Assembly (NCBI GenBank): GCA_002269645.1
Contig: NIVC01001689.1
Coordinates: 124,001-188,000, forward strand
Source of the DNA: Macrostomum lignano
Lineage: Eukaryota
Direction of reading: 5' to 3'
Length of the DNA: 64,000 bases
Numbering within the stretch: position 1 is the first letter of the stretch; every line of letters starts with the position of its first letter. Shown piece by piece: positions 25,801 through 37,300 of the stretch. The translations under genes were made by a program, and so were the position numbers. The notes beneath the pieces are model-generated. The model ran no database searches, was not told where the DNA came from, and saw only the letters and a list, made by a program, of their open reading frames with translations.

Positions 25801-28800
25801 CTGATGAGGGGCGATTCCCACACAGCTGATTGAGGGGCGATTCTCACACAGCTGATAAGGGGTGATTCTCACACAGCTGATAAGGGGTGATTCTCACACA
25901 GCTGATTGAGGGGCGATTCTCACACAGCTGATAAGGGGTGATTCTCACACAGCTGATGAGGGGCGATTCTCACACAGCTGACATGAGGGGAGAGTCTTAG
26001 TTTACCAGGATCGATTCTAAAATCTGATGAAATCGAAGTGGTTTCCAATAAGAGTGACGAGTGAGCACCCAGCAGATTCCAAAGCCACTCTCACCTCTCT
26101 GAACACCATCGTTTGCAATGGGAGCTCTGCGCAGAACCTCGCCAGGCAGGTGATAGGTGTTTAGGCCGGCTCTCAGTTGGCTGCAAGCGCGGCCCAACCT
26201 GTCCAGCTGGAGGGCGTGGCCAAAATCAGCCAACCGGACGTGGCCGCTGGCGCTCAGTAGCACATTATCAGCCTGTGTATTATTATTGTTGCAACTGAGA
26301 TCAATGTGTAGACTATGGGGCTCAATTGTGCCATGGGGAAACGGGTGACAGAGGGGGGGGACTCGGGTGATAGAGGGGGGGGCAATTTGGGTGACAGAGG
26401 GGGGACTCGGGTGATAGAGGGGGGCAATTTGGGTGACAGAGGGGGGACTCGGGTGATAGAGGGGGGCAATTTGGGTGACAGAGGGGGGAAACTCGGGTGA
26501 TAGAGGGGGGGGGCAATTCGGGTGACAGAGGGGGAAACTCGTGTGATAGAGGGGGCAATTTGGGTGACAGAGGGGGGAAACTCGGGTGATAGAGGGGGCA
26601 ATTTGGGTGACAGAGGGGGCAATTCAAGTGATCGAGGGGGGAATTCGGGTGACAGAGGGGCGATTCGGGTTATAGAGGGGCAATTCGGGTGACAGAGGGG
26701 GAAACTCGTGTGATAGAGGGGGCAATTTGGGTGACAGAGGGGGGAAACTTGGGTGATAGAGGGGGGGACAATTCGGGTGACAGAGGGGGCAATTCGGGTG
26801 ATGGGGGGCAATTCGGGTGATAAAGGGGGGCAATTCGGGTGACAGAGGGGGCAATTCGGGTGATGGGGGGCAATTCGGGTGATAAAGGGGGCAATTCGGG
26901 TGATAAAGGGGGCCAATTCGGGTGATAAAGGGGGCCAATTCGGGTGATAAAGGGGGCGATTCGGGTGATAAAGGGGGCCAATTCGGGTGATAAAGGGGGG
27001 GGGCAATTCGGGTTTTAAAGGGGGCCAATTCGGGTGATAAAGGGGCCAATTCGGGTGATAGGGGGGCGGGGGGTCAAGTCGTACTTGTGACGTTAGATTA
27101 CAAACTCAACTCAGCACGCGCCAATGCCAATCAATCAATCAATCCAACAGAATCAACACAGCCATGGTGCCAATGCCAACCTTGATATCCATGTGCAGGC
27201 AGCCGCGCGAATGCATGTAGTCAATGGCGCAGCCAACTTCGGCAATGTAAAACACGGCCTCGTGCTCCAATAGGCGCTGCTTGCCAGTGTGCAGGCCAGT
27301 TAGCAGGTCCTGTAAGGAGCCGCCAGTAGCCAGTTCAAGCAGCAAGCAACCAGTGCTCTTGCCGGAGAGCTGGATAGTCAGACAGTCCAACATCCACAGT
27401 AGGAAGGTGCTCTTGTAGGACTCTCTAGTGTGGTCACGCTGCAACACCTGACTCGGTTGTAAAAGGTAAACTAATAATGCGTCTATAAAATAATACGTGT
27501 AATCAATGGTAATGTGACTTACCTATGAGAGAAACCTAAGCAAAATTTAACGTACTTTAGGTAAACGACAGGAGTAACTATGAGTGTACTATTAAGGCTG
27601 AATGCCTCGTTATCTAATAAGTACCCGTAAACCTGTATTTTCGGGTGGGCATTTTTGTGACTTACCTTGGCTGGGCGGCCTCTCGACAGAAGCTTCATAA
27701 GGCCAAAATTTCACATCGTAGAAATTAGAAAACTAAATACAACAACAGGACCAAGCAGAATTTTCGGTGTTGTGAAATGTCGGTCTTGTGAAGTTTCGGT
27801 CTTGTGAAAGATGTTTCGGTTTCGGCATTGTGAAATTTCGGTCATATGATATGAATTATGAAGCCCCCCATTTGACGTAGATCCAAGGTCACTCACATTG
27901 TCATTGGCATTTGGCATTAAAATAAACATGATACTTATACTATACTATAGTGGCTTCTAGCTTGATCTGAATCATTTGATATCAATCGCTTTCTTACCTG
28001 ATGCACCCACTGCTCCATCTTGTACGTGTGCAGATGCTGCGTCACCTTGAGAGCAAAGACTTCGACAGGCACTTCGCGCTTAGAAAACGAGGACAGGCGA
28101 TCCACTTCGCACATGTACACTTGGCCGAAATTGCCTTTGCCGAGGCAGTGCGTTGGTCGATAATAATATTGGCCAGTAAAAATTTTGAGTGGAATGCACC
28201 CGGTGCCAGCGAAAGTGCAATTCGGTTGCTGCATGGGGTTCAAAAGCTGATTAGCCTGTTGGCTTTCATAAAGCTGCTGCTGCTGCTGCTTCTGGGTTCG
28301 GGGGCGCCGCGCCAGAGCGTGGCACAATGACTCGAAGAAAACTGGCATCTGGTGGGCAAACAGGCCATAATCTCTGGCGCGGCGAAGCAGAGCCCAAAGC
28401 AGATCATCAACCCCTAGTCTCGAAGTGCTAACCTGCTCTGTTTGCAGCACCGAGTTGGCACTCGTAGTCGTAGGCAGACGAATAAAAGTCACAGACCGGC
28501 TTCTTCCAGTCCAAGACCAATTTTCAGCAGACGGTTCTTGCGTGTTCTTTGGTGCCAGAGTATCACTGCCTGTCTTGCTTTGCAGCTGCTCCTTTGGATT
28601 TCTTGACGATAATATACAAAGCAGACAACCAGAATTGCTTGATAATGATAGTTCCGAATTCACAGATAAGTCAAGATAGTCAGCTACGATGCCAGAATCA
28701 TCAGCGGTGTAACAGACACTTCTGCAGTCAATACAGTCCACATTTCTCGGTTTATTTACTCTGCTAGTCATAGCGCCGAATCCGTGAGAATAACACTGTT

Positions 28801-28933
28801 GTTTGGCGTTCCCATCTTTGTAAGCACGCGCTAAAGAACAGTAGCTGGCATGGTCCTTAACTTTCGCAAATTGAAGCTCCGCTGAAATAATTTTTTCTGC
28901 GTTCATTCTGCGTTCCTTTGATATCGTGATCAT
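13591..28933 (-). CDS. Divergent AGC-group Ser/Thr protein kinase; join complement(13591..13821,15349..15527,26095..26272,27181..27447,27998..28933), 596 aa
   Basis: Subdomains in order across five exons with compatible phases (0,0,1,0): LGKGNFGQVY, FALK, AVFYIAEV, HMDIKADN, GHVRLADFG, DWFSFG, HPRPGFRP and AGC-tail PPFVP. CDS 1791 nt. Confidence 0.88.
13900..15180. repeat. Composite array in kinase intron 4: 28-bp unit then 34-bp unit
   Basis: CCACATTCCAGATCTCAGATTCCAAATC (4x7 bp) to ~14985, then GAGTTTCCAGATCTGAGTTCCAGATTTCAGATCC. Confidence 0.93.
15349..15527 (-). CDS. Kinase exon 4 (subdomain IX)
   Basis: TTCATCAG|GT acceptor (phase 1); TDWFSFGCLAYWLL; donor CAG|GTAAGA. Confidence 0.88.
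15668..25990. repeat. ~10.3 kb satellite of 21/25/26-bp variant units in kinase intron 3
   Basis: CAGCTGATGAGGGGCGATTCT, CACACAGCTGATAAGGGGTGATTCT, CACACAGCTGATTGAGGGGCGATTCT; roughly 420 units, estimated from length. Confidence 0.98.
26095..26272 (-). CDS. Kinase exon 3 (ADN...DFG, activation segment)
   Basis: ACACAG|GCTGATAAT completes HMDIKADN; donor G|GTGAGA. Confidence 0.88.
26340..27075. repeat. G-rich ~20-23 bp minisatellite in kinase intron 2
   Basis: AGAGGGGGCAATTCGGGTGA(C/T) variants. Confidence 0.93.
27181..27447 (-). CDS. Kinase exon 2 (to catalytic loop HMDIK)
   Basis: CAG|GTG acceptor; LLLELATGGSL hinge; donor AAG|GTTGGC. Confidence 0.88.
27560..27675 (+). repeat. Dispersed repeat, copy B (kinase intron 1)
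   Basis: Same three collinear blocks as 3679-3778. Confidence 0.6.
27998..28933 (-). CDS. Kinase exon 1 (N-terminal extension, Gly-rich loop, VAIK lysine)
   Basis: ATG at 28933 follows an in-frame TAG (alternative ATG at 28906); donor CAG|GTAAGA. Confidence 0.8.
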
Positions 28934-30623
28934 TATCTAGCAGCTTGAACGGTCCCAGCTCAGAATCACAGCACAGGCAACGCCAGACAGACTGAACTTT
29001 AGAGAAACCTCTTGGCTTAAATCCGAAACCAACCACAAAAACGACCTGCACGTTTGTTTTCCTTTCCTTGGACGGAGTTTTATCGATCGATTTTCAAGCC
29101 CGTGCTATTTATTGGCTCAGCCGCGAGGAGGGGTTTGAGGCTGGGCTGAGAGTGCGCCAAACTCTGTACGGGGTAGAGGGTGAAAGGGGGATGGGGGCTG
29201 GCTAAGGGTGTTTTCGTTGTTTTTATGGCTCGTTCGTTTTTATCGCACCGTGCGCCCTTCAGGCTTCAACGACGCTTAGGGCCAACAAATTTGTCAAAAA
29301 TCCGATCAATTTAAATTAAAATTTGCCCTTTGCTATTCTGTTATTGATCTACTTGAGACTTGCTTTATATAAAATAAGGAAATTTCCACGATGATTATAG
29401 TGGTTAGTAAAAGTATATTCTGACTGTGCATATATATGTACGTGTATTAACATTCAGCAATGGAGTAATAATGTACGTTTGCTTGCGTGCAATGCAAGTT
29501 GCAGCGTTGTACACGCTGTTTGTGGGCCACCGGGCAAGTTATTTTATTAGCAATCGTATCGTACGTATACTCACTCAATTGATCGATTCTCAGCTTTTGT
29601 GCATCTTAGCGTCAAAGGCTTACCTACCTATCCATTGTCCTCTGGTTTTGAATCCGTATGGCATAGCATAGGTGACTTCGTAGGAGCAAATTGGATACCA
29701 GAACCAGAAGGCAAACTTTTAAAATGAATGCTAGCTCGGTTTTTTATTCATTTTGTCACTTCTTTAAGCAAGCAAAAGCAACTAATTACTAAACTTGAAT
29801 TCCGAATTGCCATTCGCAGCCAAACTCTACAGTCTGCAGCTCTATCACAATAGCAAGTTTAATTGCGGTGGTTTAATATAATCTGCATACCTATGCGCAT
29901 GTACATGGCAAATTGCCAATTCGAATATCGTGGTAGCAGGTCAGAAATTCTCAACGCGAATCATTTATGCAATAGGCAGGACTGACAGACATATTTACAA
30001 CAGCAATTGGTATGCAAGGTACTGCGAATACGAATTGAAAATTATTGCTTTGATCATTGTTAATCTAATATTTAAGCACATTCACAGTTACCCACTTAGC
30101 GAACATTTTCAAAGTACAACGCAAGTTTATAATGGGATGGGAAAGAGTAAGAAAAAAGAATTCGAATCGAGCCGGAGAAGAGGAACAGTAGCGAATGGCG
30201 AAACTGTCCACGAGACGCTTGAGGTCGGATTTGAAGGCTTGAGTTCTTGGTCGTATTGCAGCAACTGTAATTGCACTGCGCTAATAACCAGTGTGACTCA
30301 TCACGCATGGGGCATAAAGAATTAAATTTAGTACAGCGTATAATTTAATCCAAAATTTTAAACTAATTAAACTTTACGGAAGCTTAGTTTACGGAAACAA
30401 AGACTATTTGAAGGCTTACACTGTAACAAATTAACACATCACGTTCAAAGGCGCTGAAGAGCTCTACAGGGGCAAGCCTCCTTGATTCATCATTAGTCAC
30501 TGGTTCCTATCCTCAGTGGCATCCACTGACCTGACTATCAGGGGGGGGGCTAGGCAAGGGGTCAACGGGGGTCATGACCCCTCCTAAAAACTCCGGTGAT
30601 GTTTGAAACTTCCTTTACACTAC

Positions 30624-30629
30624 TTTATT
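30624..30629 (-). terminator. Candidate polyadenylation signal for the protocadherin
   Basis: AATAAA on the minus strand ~175 nt after the stop; another at 29743-29748. Motif only. Confidence 0.3.
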
Positions 30630-30803
30630 TTTAAAGGCTCACTGAAAAACGGCCAACGCATAAGACAATTTTTGCGCAAAAGAACAAAAAATCACGGTTA
30701 TGCCAAACAGAATTTGACTGCATTGTCGCTAAGCTTGGAATTATTAATGCAGAATTCAACTTTAGCTCTGAATAAAATAAAAGCTGCTTGAAGTCAGGAG
30801 AAA

Positions 30804-31312
30804 TCAAACATCAGCAGATTTTGTTGCCAACTGCAGATTGCCAACATGAGCTCGCTGATGTTGCTGATGCTGCGGCGCCAGCGCTGTTGCGCCAGGTATC
30901 CGAGAGCTGGCAGCTGAGGATGGCCTTGACAGGGTTCGGTGCTGCTGCTGCTGCTGCTGCTGCTGCAGAGGCGCTGAGCTGAACTGAGGCTCGCTCAGCA
31001 GCATCAGAGCCGGCTGGTTGAATGCCGACTGCGAACCACTGGACGGCGATGGGGACGCCGCTTGGCGATGGCGCTGCTGCTGCCTGTGCTGACTTGTCAG
31101 GGTCATGGGCACGAGCTCGTGGTGCTCCCGACCGCAACCGCCAGCCGTTGTCGCCGACGAGGCCGAGCCGTTCATGACGAAGTCCTCCTCAACGATGCAG
31201 TTGCAGTTGCGGTGCAAATTCGGCGACCGAGAGCGCAGCTGGTGCTGGTGCGAATAGCCCGAGCTGCCGCTCGGCGGCAGGGTCACATAGCGAAGGTGCT
31301 CCGGCATGGCCA
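30804..31312 (-). CDS. Protocadherin exon 6 (low-complexity tail with poly-Q, stop)
   Basis: CGCCCAG|TG acceptor, phase 1 matches exon 5; ends ...KSADV* at TGA 30804-30806. Confidence 0.72.
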
Positions 31313-34300
31313 CTGGGCGATTGAGTGGAGAAGTGAGTGATGAAGCTTATGGAGATTCATAGCTTATTTGGCAGACTAGTGCAGGGAATAGAGTGTAAAG
31401 TGAAGGGGTTGCCCAGAAACTTCCCATTCTGGAACAGGATCGGCCCCTCTCACTGAATCCGCCCTCTCTGGATCCGCCCCTGATCCTCCTCTCCCTGGAT
31501 CCGCACCTGATCCTCCTCTCCCTGGATCCGTCCCTGATCCTCCTCTCTCTGGATCCGTCCCTGATCCTCCTCTCCCTGGATCCGCCCCTGATCCTCCTCT
31601 CCCTGGATCCGCCCCTGATCCTCCTCTCTCTGGATCCGCACCTGATCCTTCTCTCCATGGATCCGCCCCTGATCCTCCTCTCACTGGATCCGCCCCTGAT
31701 CCTCCTCTCTCTGGATCCGCCCCTGATCCTCCTCTCTCTGGATCCGCCCCTGATCCTCCTCTCTCTGGATCCGCCCCTGATCCTCCTCTCTCTGGATCCG
31801 CCCCTGATCCTCCTTTCTCTGGATCCGCCCCTGATCCTCCTCTCTCTGGATCCGCCCCTTTGAATCCGCCCTTTGAATCCGTCCCTTTGAATCCGCCCCT
31901 TTGAATCCGCCCCTTTGAATCCGCCCCTTTGAATCCGCCCCTGGGTAAGCCACAGTACATTCGAAAGCTCGGCAGTTTTACAGGCGTGGCTGCAATGCAA
32001 AGTCACGTGACATGAGTCCCAAATTATTGGCACACAAACGCATCCCGCACTCACATCTGTGATCGGGGTGCATCATCTCCTCTTCGCTGGCCCCGTGGCC
32101 GGAGTCGGCCGAGGCCACCTCGTAGTCGCCAGGCAGAAACAGATTGGGCGGCGCGCCTGGTGGGTAGTGCAGGCCCGACGAGCCGCTGCCGCCGCCGTTC
32201 CCGGTCTGGTAAATGTTAACGAAAAAATGTAGTCAAACTATTTGCATCACTTTACTTACAGTAGGCGAAATAGAGATAAGTATAAAACCCTCTATTTTAT
32301 TTACGCACACACGTATTTAGTTTCTGCTTAAGAACTCAATCGCTTCCATCGTCAATTTTTATTTTATTTTTTCAGCATACATTTCAGCTCTTATTAACTG
32401 GAAATTCGAATTTCGAGTGCAACTCTATTTGCGAAAATCTAATATCCGCACGGTTAAATGTCGCATGTTCAGCACCTATGCTAAGTAATAGAATCCAATT
32501 AGAAGGCTTTTCCGCTGCTGCCCTGTGCTCAAAGCAATTTCAGCTTTGAGGGGGCAGTTCTAGTGCTATCCTCGTAAGAGCAATTTCTGGGTTGTATTGC
32601 AGGTTATGCGTTCCCTGGATCCTTCATTCCCTGGATCCACCCTAGATCCGCCCCCTTCCAGATCCGCCCCTTCCAGATCCGCCCCTTCCAGATCCGCCCC
32701 TTCCAGATCCGCCCCTTCCAGATCCGCCCCTTCCAGATCCGCCCCTTCCAGATCCGCCCCTTCCAGATCCGCCCCTTCCAGATCCGCCCCTTCCAGATCC
32801 GCCCCTTCCAGATCCGCCCCTTCCAGATCCGCCCCTTCCAGATCCGCCCCTTCCAGATCCGCCCCTTCCAGATCCGCCCCTTCCAGATCCGCCCCTTCCA
32901 GATCCGCCCCTTCCAGATCCGCCCCTTCCAGATCCGCCCCTTCCAGATCCGCCCCTTCCAGATCCGCCCCTTCCAGATCCGCCCCTTCCAGATCCGCCCC
33001 TTGCAGATCCACCCCTTGCAGATCCGCCCCTTGCAGATCCGCCCCTTGCAGATCCGCCCCTTGCAGATCCACCCCTTCCAGATCCGCCCCTTGCAGATCC
33101 ACCCCTTGCAGATCCACCCCTTGCAGATCCGCCCCTTGCAGATCCACCCCTTCCAGATTCACCCCTTCCAGATCCGCCCCTTCCAGATTCACCCCTTCCA
33201 GATCCGCCCCCTTCCAGATCCATAGCAACTATTTTCATAAAGCGTATGCTTTGTTACTGCAGAACAGCACAGGCCCAACATTAAGCCTGGCTCTCATTCG
33301 ATGGGCTTGTCTCTCCTATAGCAAAGTCAAACATTCATGTCGCGGCTTTTTTAATAGCATCTCTCTTCCCTTCCCCATGTTTTCTCCTTAATAGGTGGAA
33401 GGCCGCGGTGTTACGCTACCTGCTAAGAGGAAGTCTAAAAACCCGACTTCCTTCTAGTCTGAGTCCAGCAGCAGCAGCAGCAACATTCTGCTTGGCTGAC
33501 CCTGCAGCACTTGCGGTGACCTGCTCTCCTGCAGATGCACACCTACCTGTGTTAGTCACATCCTCTCATCTGCGTTTTTAGCATCCTAAAGCTATAGAGA
33601 TTGTGTGTCTGCAATCTGATTTTTGGGGCACGGAAGCCTGCCAGCTCAATGGGGGAGGAGTAAATGGGAAGATGATTGGGGAGGCTGGCGGTGGGAGCTC
33701 TGGGAGGGTTTGGCTTGAGTAGCCGCAGATTCTGAGAGAGTATTTCCAAAGCATATCTTAATCTGGCCTCCCATCTGGTCCGGAATTTCTCCGCTTTCTG
33801 GCTGAGGCCACGCGCGTGGCGGCTACACTTTGAGCAGCAGCTCGTCGGACTAAAACTGCCTAATAATGGGGCCTGTCGGAGGAATAAAATTAAACTGTGA
33901 CGCGTCCGCATGGGGCATCGCTCAAAGTGGGGCTCTTGGAATTCCAGTATCGGCACACTGCTTGGTTCTCATGCACACAGCTCAAACTTTCCGATCGTCA
34001 GGCGTGTAAACTCTCTCCGTGTCTCTGGGGCTGGCCCTCATGGGTTGTGATTCGTTATTTATGACAAAATAATTTTAAAACTGGCGCAACATCAGACGCG
34101 TCAACCACTGAGTTGCTGTGCCTCCCTCAAGCTACTCTGCAGTCAGCCTCAGGCAGACTCCAAGGAGTCCCAGCGTCAGTAACCCTTGGCAGTTCGCTCT
34201 TCATGCCTTTGAGTCAGGGGTCGGCAAACTCCTTTTAAAATTGAAACTTCACAATAGCAATCCGGTCCGTTCAAGGTTTGTGTCTCTTCTCAGGTCTCTT

Positions 34301-37300
34301 CTCTATCATCTCTTCTCTCCTCTTCTCTATTCTCCTTTATTCCCTCTTATTTCTCCCATTCTCTCTGGTCATGCGCCAGGTTCTCTATCTGGCCTGTAAG
34401 GTAAAAAATCTTGCCGACCCTGCTCTAAGCAGGTATCGATAGCTGTTGGTACAGATCCGCATCCAGTAGAAGGCGCAGTCATTAACGCTTTCCTAGAAAG
34501 CAAGCTGCTATTAATCTCCCAGTTGTCAGACAGCGGATAGGATTATCGCCCCACACACACCCCCACTAAGAAGGCGGATTTAGTAATTCCTTTATTCCAT
34601 CACCCACCCACTACACGTCTGCCTGTCAGTCAGTCCTGGCTAGACGGAGAGATGATACCCCATTGCCTGCTGAAGTCTGTGTGGGGTTGGTGGGATAAAA
34701 ATCCCCACCACTGAACTGCCTGCTGGGAGGGCCTGAAACCCGATCCAGTCTAGCCTTCCCCATTCTCCTCTCCCACCCTCCATAGTCTGCCGTAGCAAGA
34801 TCAAGATCCCCATTGCGTCGGTGGGATATATTTGGACTGACTCATGTGGCAGGATCTTACCAACGTAAGGGGAGGGTTGCGGATAAGATAAGAGCCCCCC
34901 CGAACTGCAGCCGGCTCGGTTTCAGAATTCTCGAAAGGTGCGCGCCGCCAGCCAGAGAGCCACCAGCTGGGCTCTTGACGGGCGGAGCTGAGGAGGCGCC
35001 GGCCGCAAGGCAAGTTAAAAAATTGAGGGTTGAACAGGGAGTCAGCGGAGATCAAGGATCCGCTCTCGGGGCCCGTGACGCCGCCATCTGTGGTGCCGCC
35101 AGCCGATCAATCACAGCGGGAGGTGGCAGGGCGCAGCCTGGATGCGCACGAGGATAAATTGGATTGGGTGTGAGGAAGGGGGATAAATGTCTCACCCACA
35201 GCAAAGGGCGAGAGGAATGTGGAAGACGACAAGAGTGAGGAGGAGCAGCAGCTGATGAGGCGGAGCTTGTGGAAGTCTTTTAAAAATCGGATTCTTAAAG
35301 ACAGGCAGCCTTTTCAGTTTATTCGGATTGGACAGAACTGCCTCTGGGGTTCAGAATCCTGGGAGCGGGGGCTGGGGGTAGAAGGTCAAGATAGAGAAGT
35401 TTAGCTACATCGCCATCCATCTCACCGCAAAGGTACCCTGAACATTTGACATGAAGCACTGAACTCTGAAGCACAGAGAATTGAACGATGAGATCTGAGC
35501 ACTGAGCACTGAGAATTGAGCACTGAGCACTGAGATCTGAGCACTGAGCACTGGGCACTGAGCACTGAGCACTGAGCACTGAGATCTGAGCACTGAGATC
35601 TGAGCACTGAGCACTGTGATCTGAGCACTGAGCACTGGGCACTGAGCACTGAGCACTGGGCACTGAGCACTGAGCACTGAGCACTGAGATCTGAGCACTG
35701 AGCACTGAGATCTGAGCACTGAGCACTGGGCACTCAGCACTGAGCACTGAGCACTGAGATCTGAGCACTGAGATCTGAGCACTGAGCACTGAGATCTGAG
35801 CACTGAGCACTGGGCACTGAGCACTGAGCACTGGGCACTGAGCACTGAGCACTGAGCACTGAGATCTGAGCAGTCTCCTCTATGTGCTTGGTAACCAGCC
35901 TGAAATCGAGTTTATTGTATTTGCTTGGCGTCACGAGCCGGCCGCGCTGACCTCATAAGACGGACTGTCTTCCAGCCCGACCTACTCGGAGAGACTGTCT
36001 TCGTTGCACTAACTCCGCGTTCTCCTTATCTGCCCCAGCAACTGCCCAGAAACCAAAACCGGGCCGGAGCTGAGGACTAACAATCAATCAGATGGGGATA
36101 TTTGTGCGGGGAGGCTGGGATCTGCACTCTGGCTGGGATCTGTGGGAGCGCCTGACAGTTTTGGGGTGATTGGGCCGATGGGATGCTCAATTTGATGATG
36201 ATGGGAGCTGGGCCAGCCCAAATCCCCCGCTAGGTACCCTGGCTGGCTTATTGCGGGAAGCCAGGGAGAGCGAGGCGAGTTTTTAAGACTTTTCTGGCAT
36301 AAAATATTGCGGCCCCCCCCCCCCCCCGACAGCCTAACTGGGGATCTCAGCGCAAACTGCAAACTCCCTGCCGCGCTCCAGGGAACTCGATTGCAGACTG
36401 ATCTGGGAATTTTTAACAACTTTGGTACCGGAATTGGGGCAGCTTGGGGAGAACGGACTGGGCAAGCGTTATTGTTACTGAGAATTTTCCTGTGCTCAGG
36501 TCCGCCGCAGTGAAAGACAGGAAAAGAGCAGCACAATGGTCCCAGAGCAGATCTTGATGGTGCGGCTTTCTGCAGCATCTCCCTGGTATTAAAATTATAT
36601 AGAATCTTGATAACGGTCAGACTCTCGTGTAGATGTTGCCAAGTGGGCGAAAATCCCCCACCGTAGTCATAAAACTGCTTAAAAAACGAAATGAGCTCCG
36701 CGGCCTCAGTGAGCATGCGAAATGTGGAACTCTGTGGTATGCTCAATCACTGCTCAATCACTGACCCCGATGTCGCTGCAACCCCATGTCGCATTATTCA
36801 ATATTGCCCCCAGCGGCTTCATCAATTCTTCATTTGGTTTTCCTGAGCCTGTGCGATGCCTGTAAGCCGGCTGGAGGCGTGAAGTTGGCACCCGCAATGC
36901 GACTGCTCTGAGCAACCCTGCCCCCCCCACAGGGTGCCTTGAGTACGCTCGAGTGTAGATACGGTTGATCTGGGCCTTTGACTCACTGACTTAGGTTGAC
37001 CAGTCAATTAATGAGATTTTTACTGTATTTCAATGAACAAAATTAGTCTGAATGAGTCAAAAACACTTAAAAATGCTACACGAAGCTGATTGATGCCTAA
37101 TCGGTATCAAACCGTTGCCCAATTGATGCCTAATTGACGCCTACTCAATACCTAATCGATGCCTAATCGATGTCTAATCGATGTCTAATTGATGTCTAAT
37201 CGATGCCTAATTGATGTCTAATCGATGTCTAATCGATGTCTAATCGATGCCCAATCGATGTCTAATCGATGTCTAATCGATGCCTAATCGATGTCTAATC

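Noticed and set aside
15668-25990. CRISPR-like appearance of regular short repeats
   Set aside because: No unique spacers, no cas genes, eukaryotic intron context.
29930-30325. 131-aa plus-strand ORF
   Set aside because: AT-rich, no domain, lies antisense to the likely protocadherin 3'UTR.
33552-36746. ORFs 33552-33956, 34813-35157 and 36084-36746 as possible retroelement or extra protocadherin exons
   Set aside because: No RT, endonuclease, gag or cadherin-tail motifs recognised; no convincing splice pairs.
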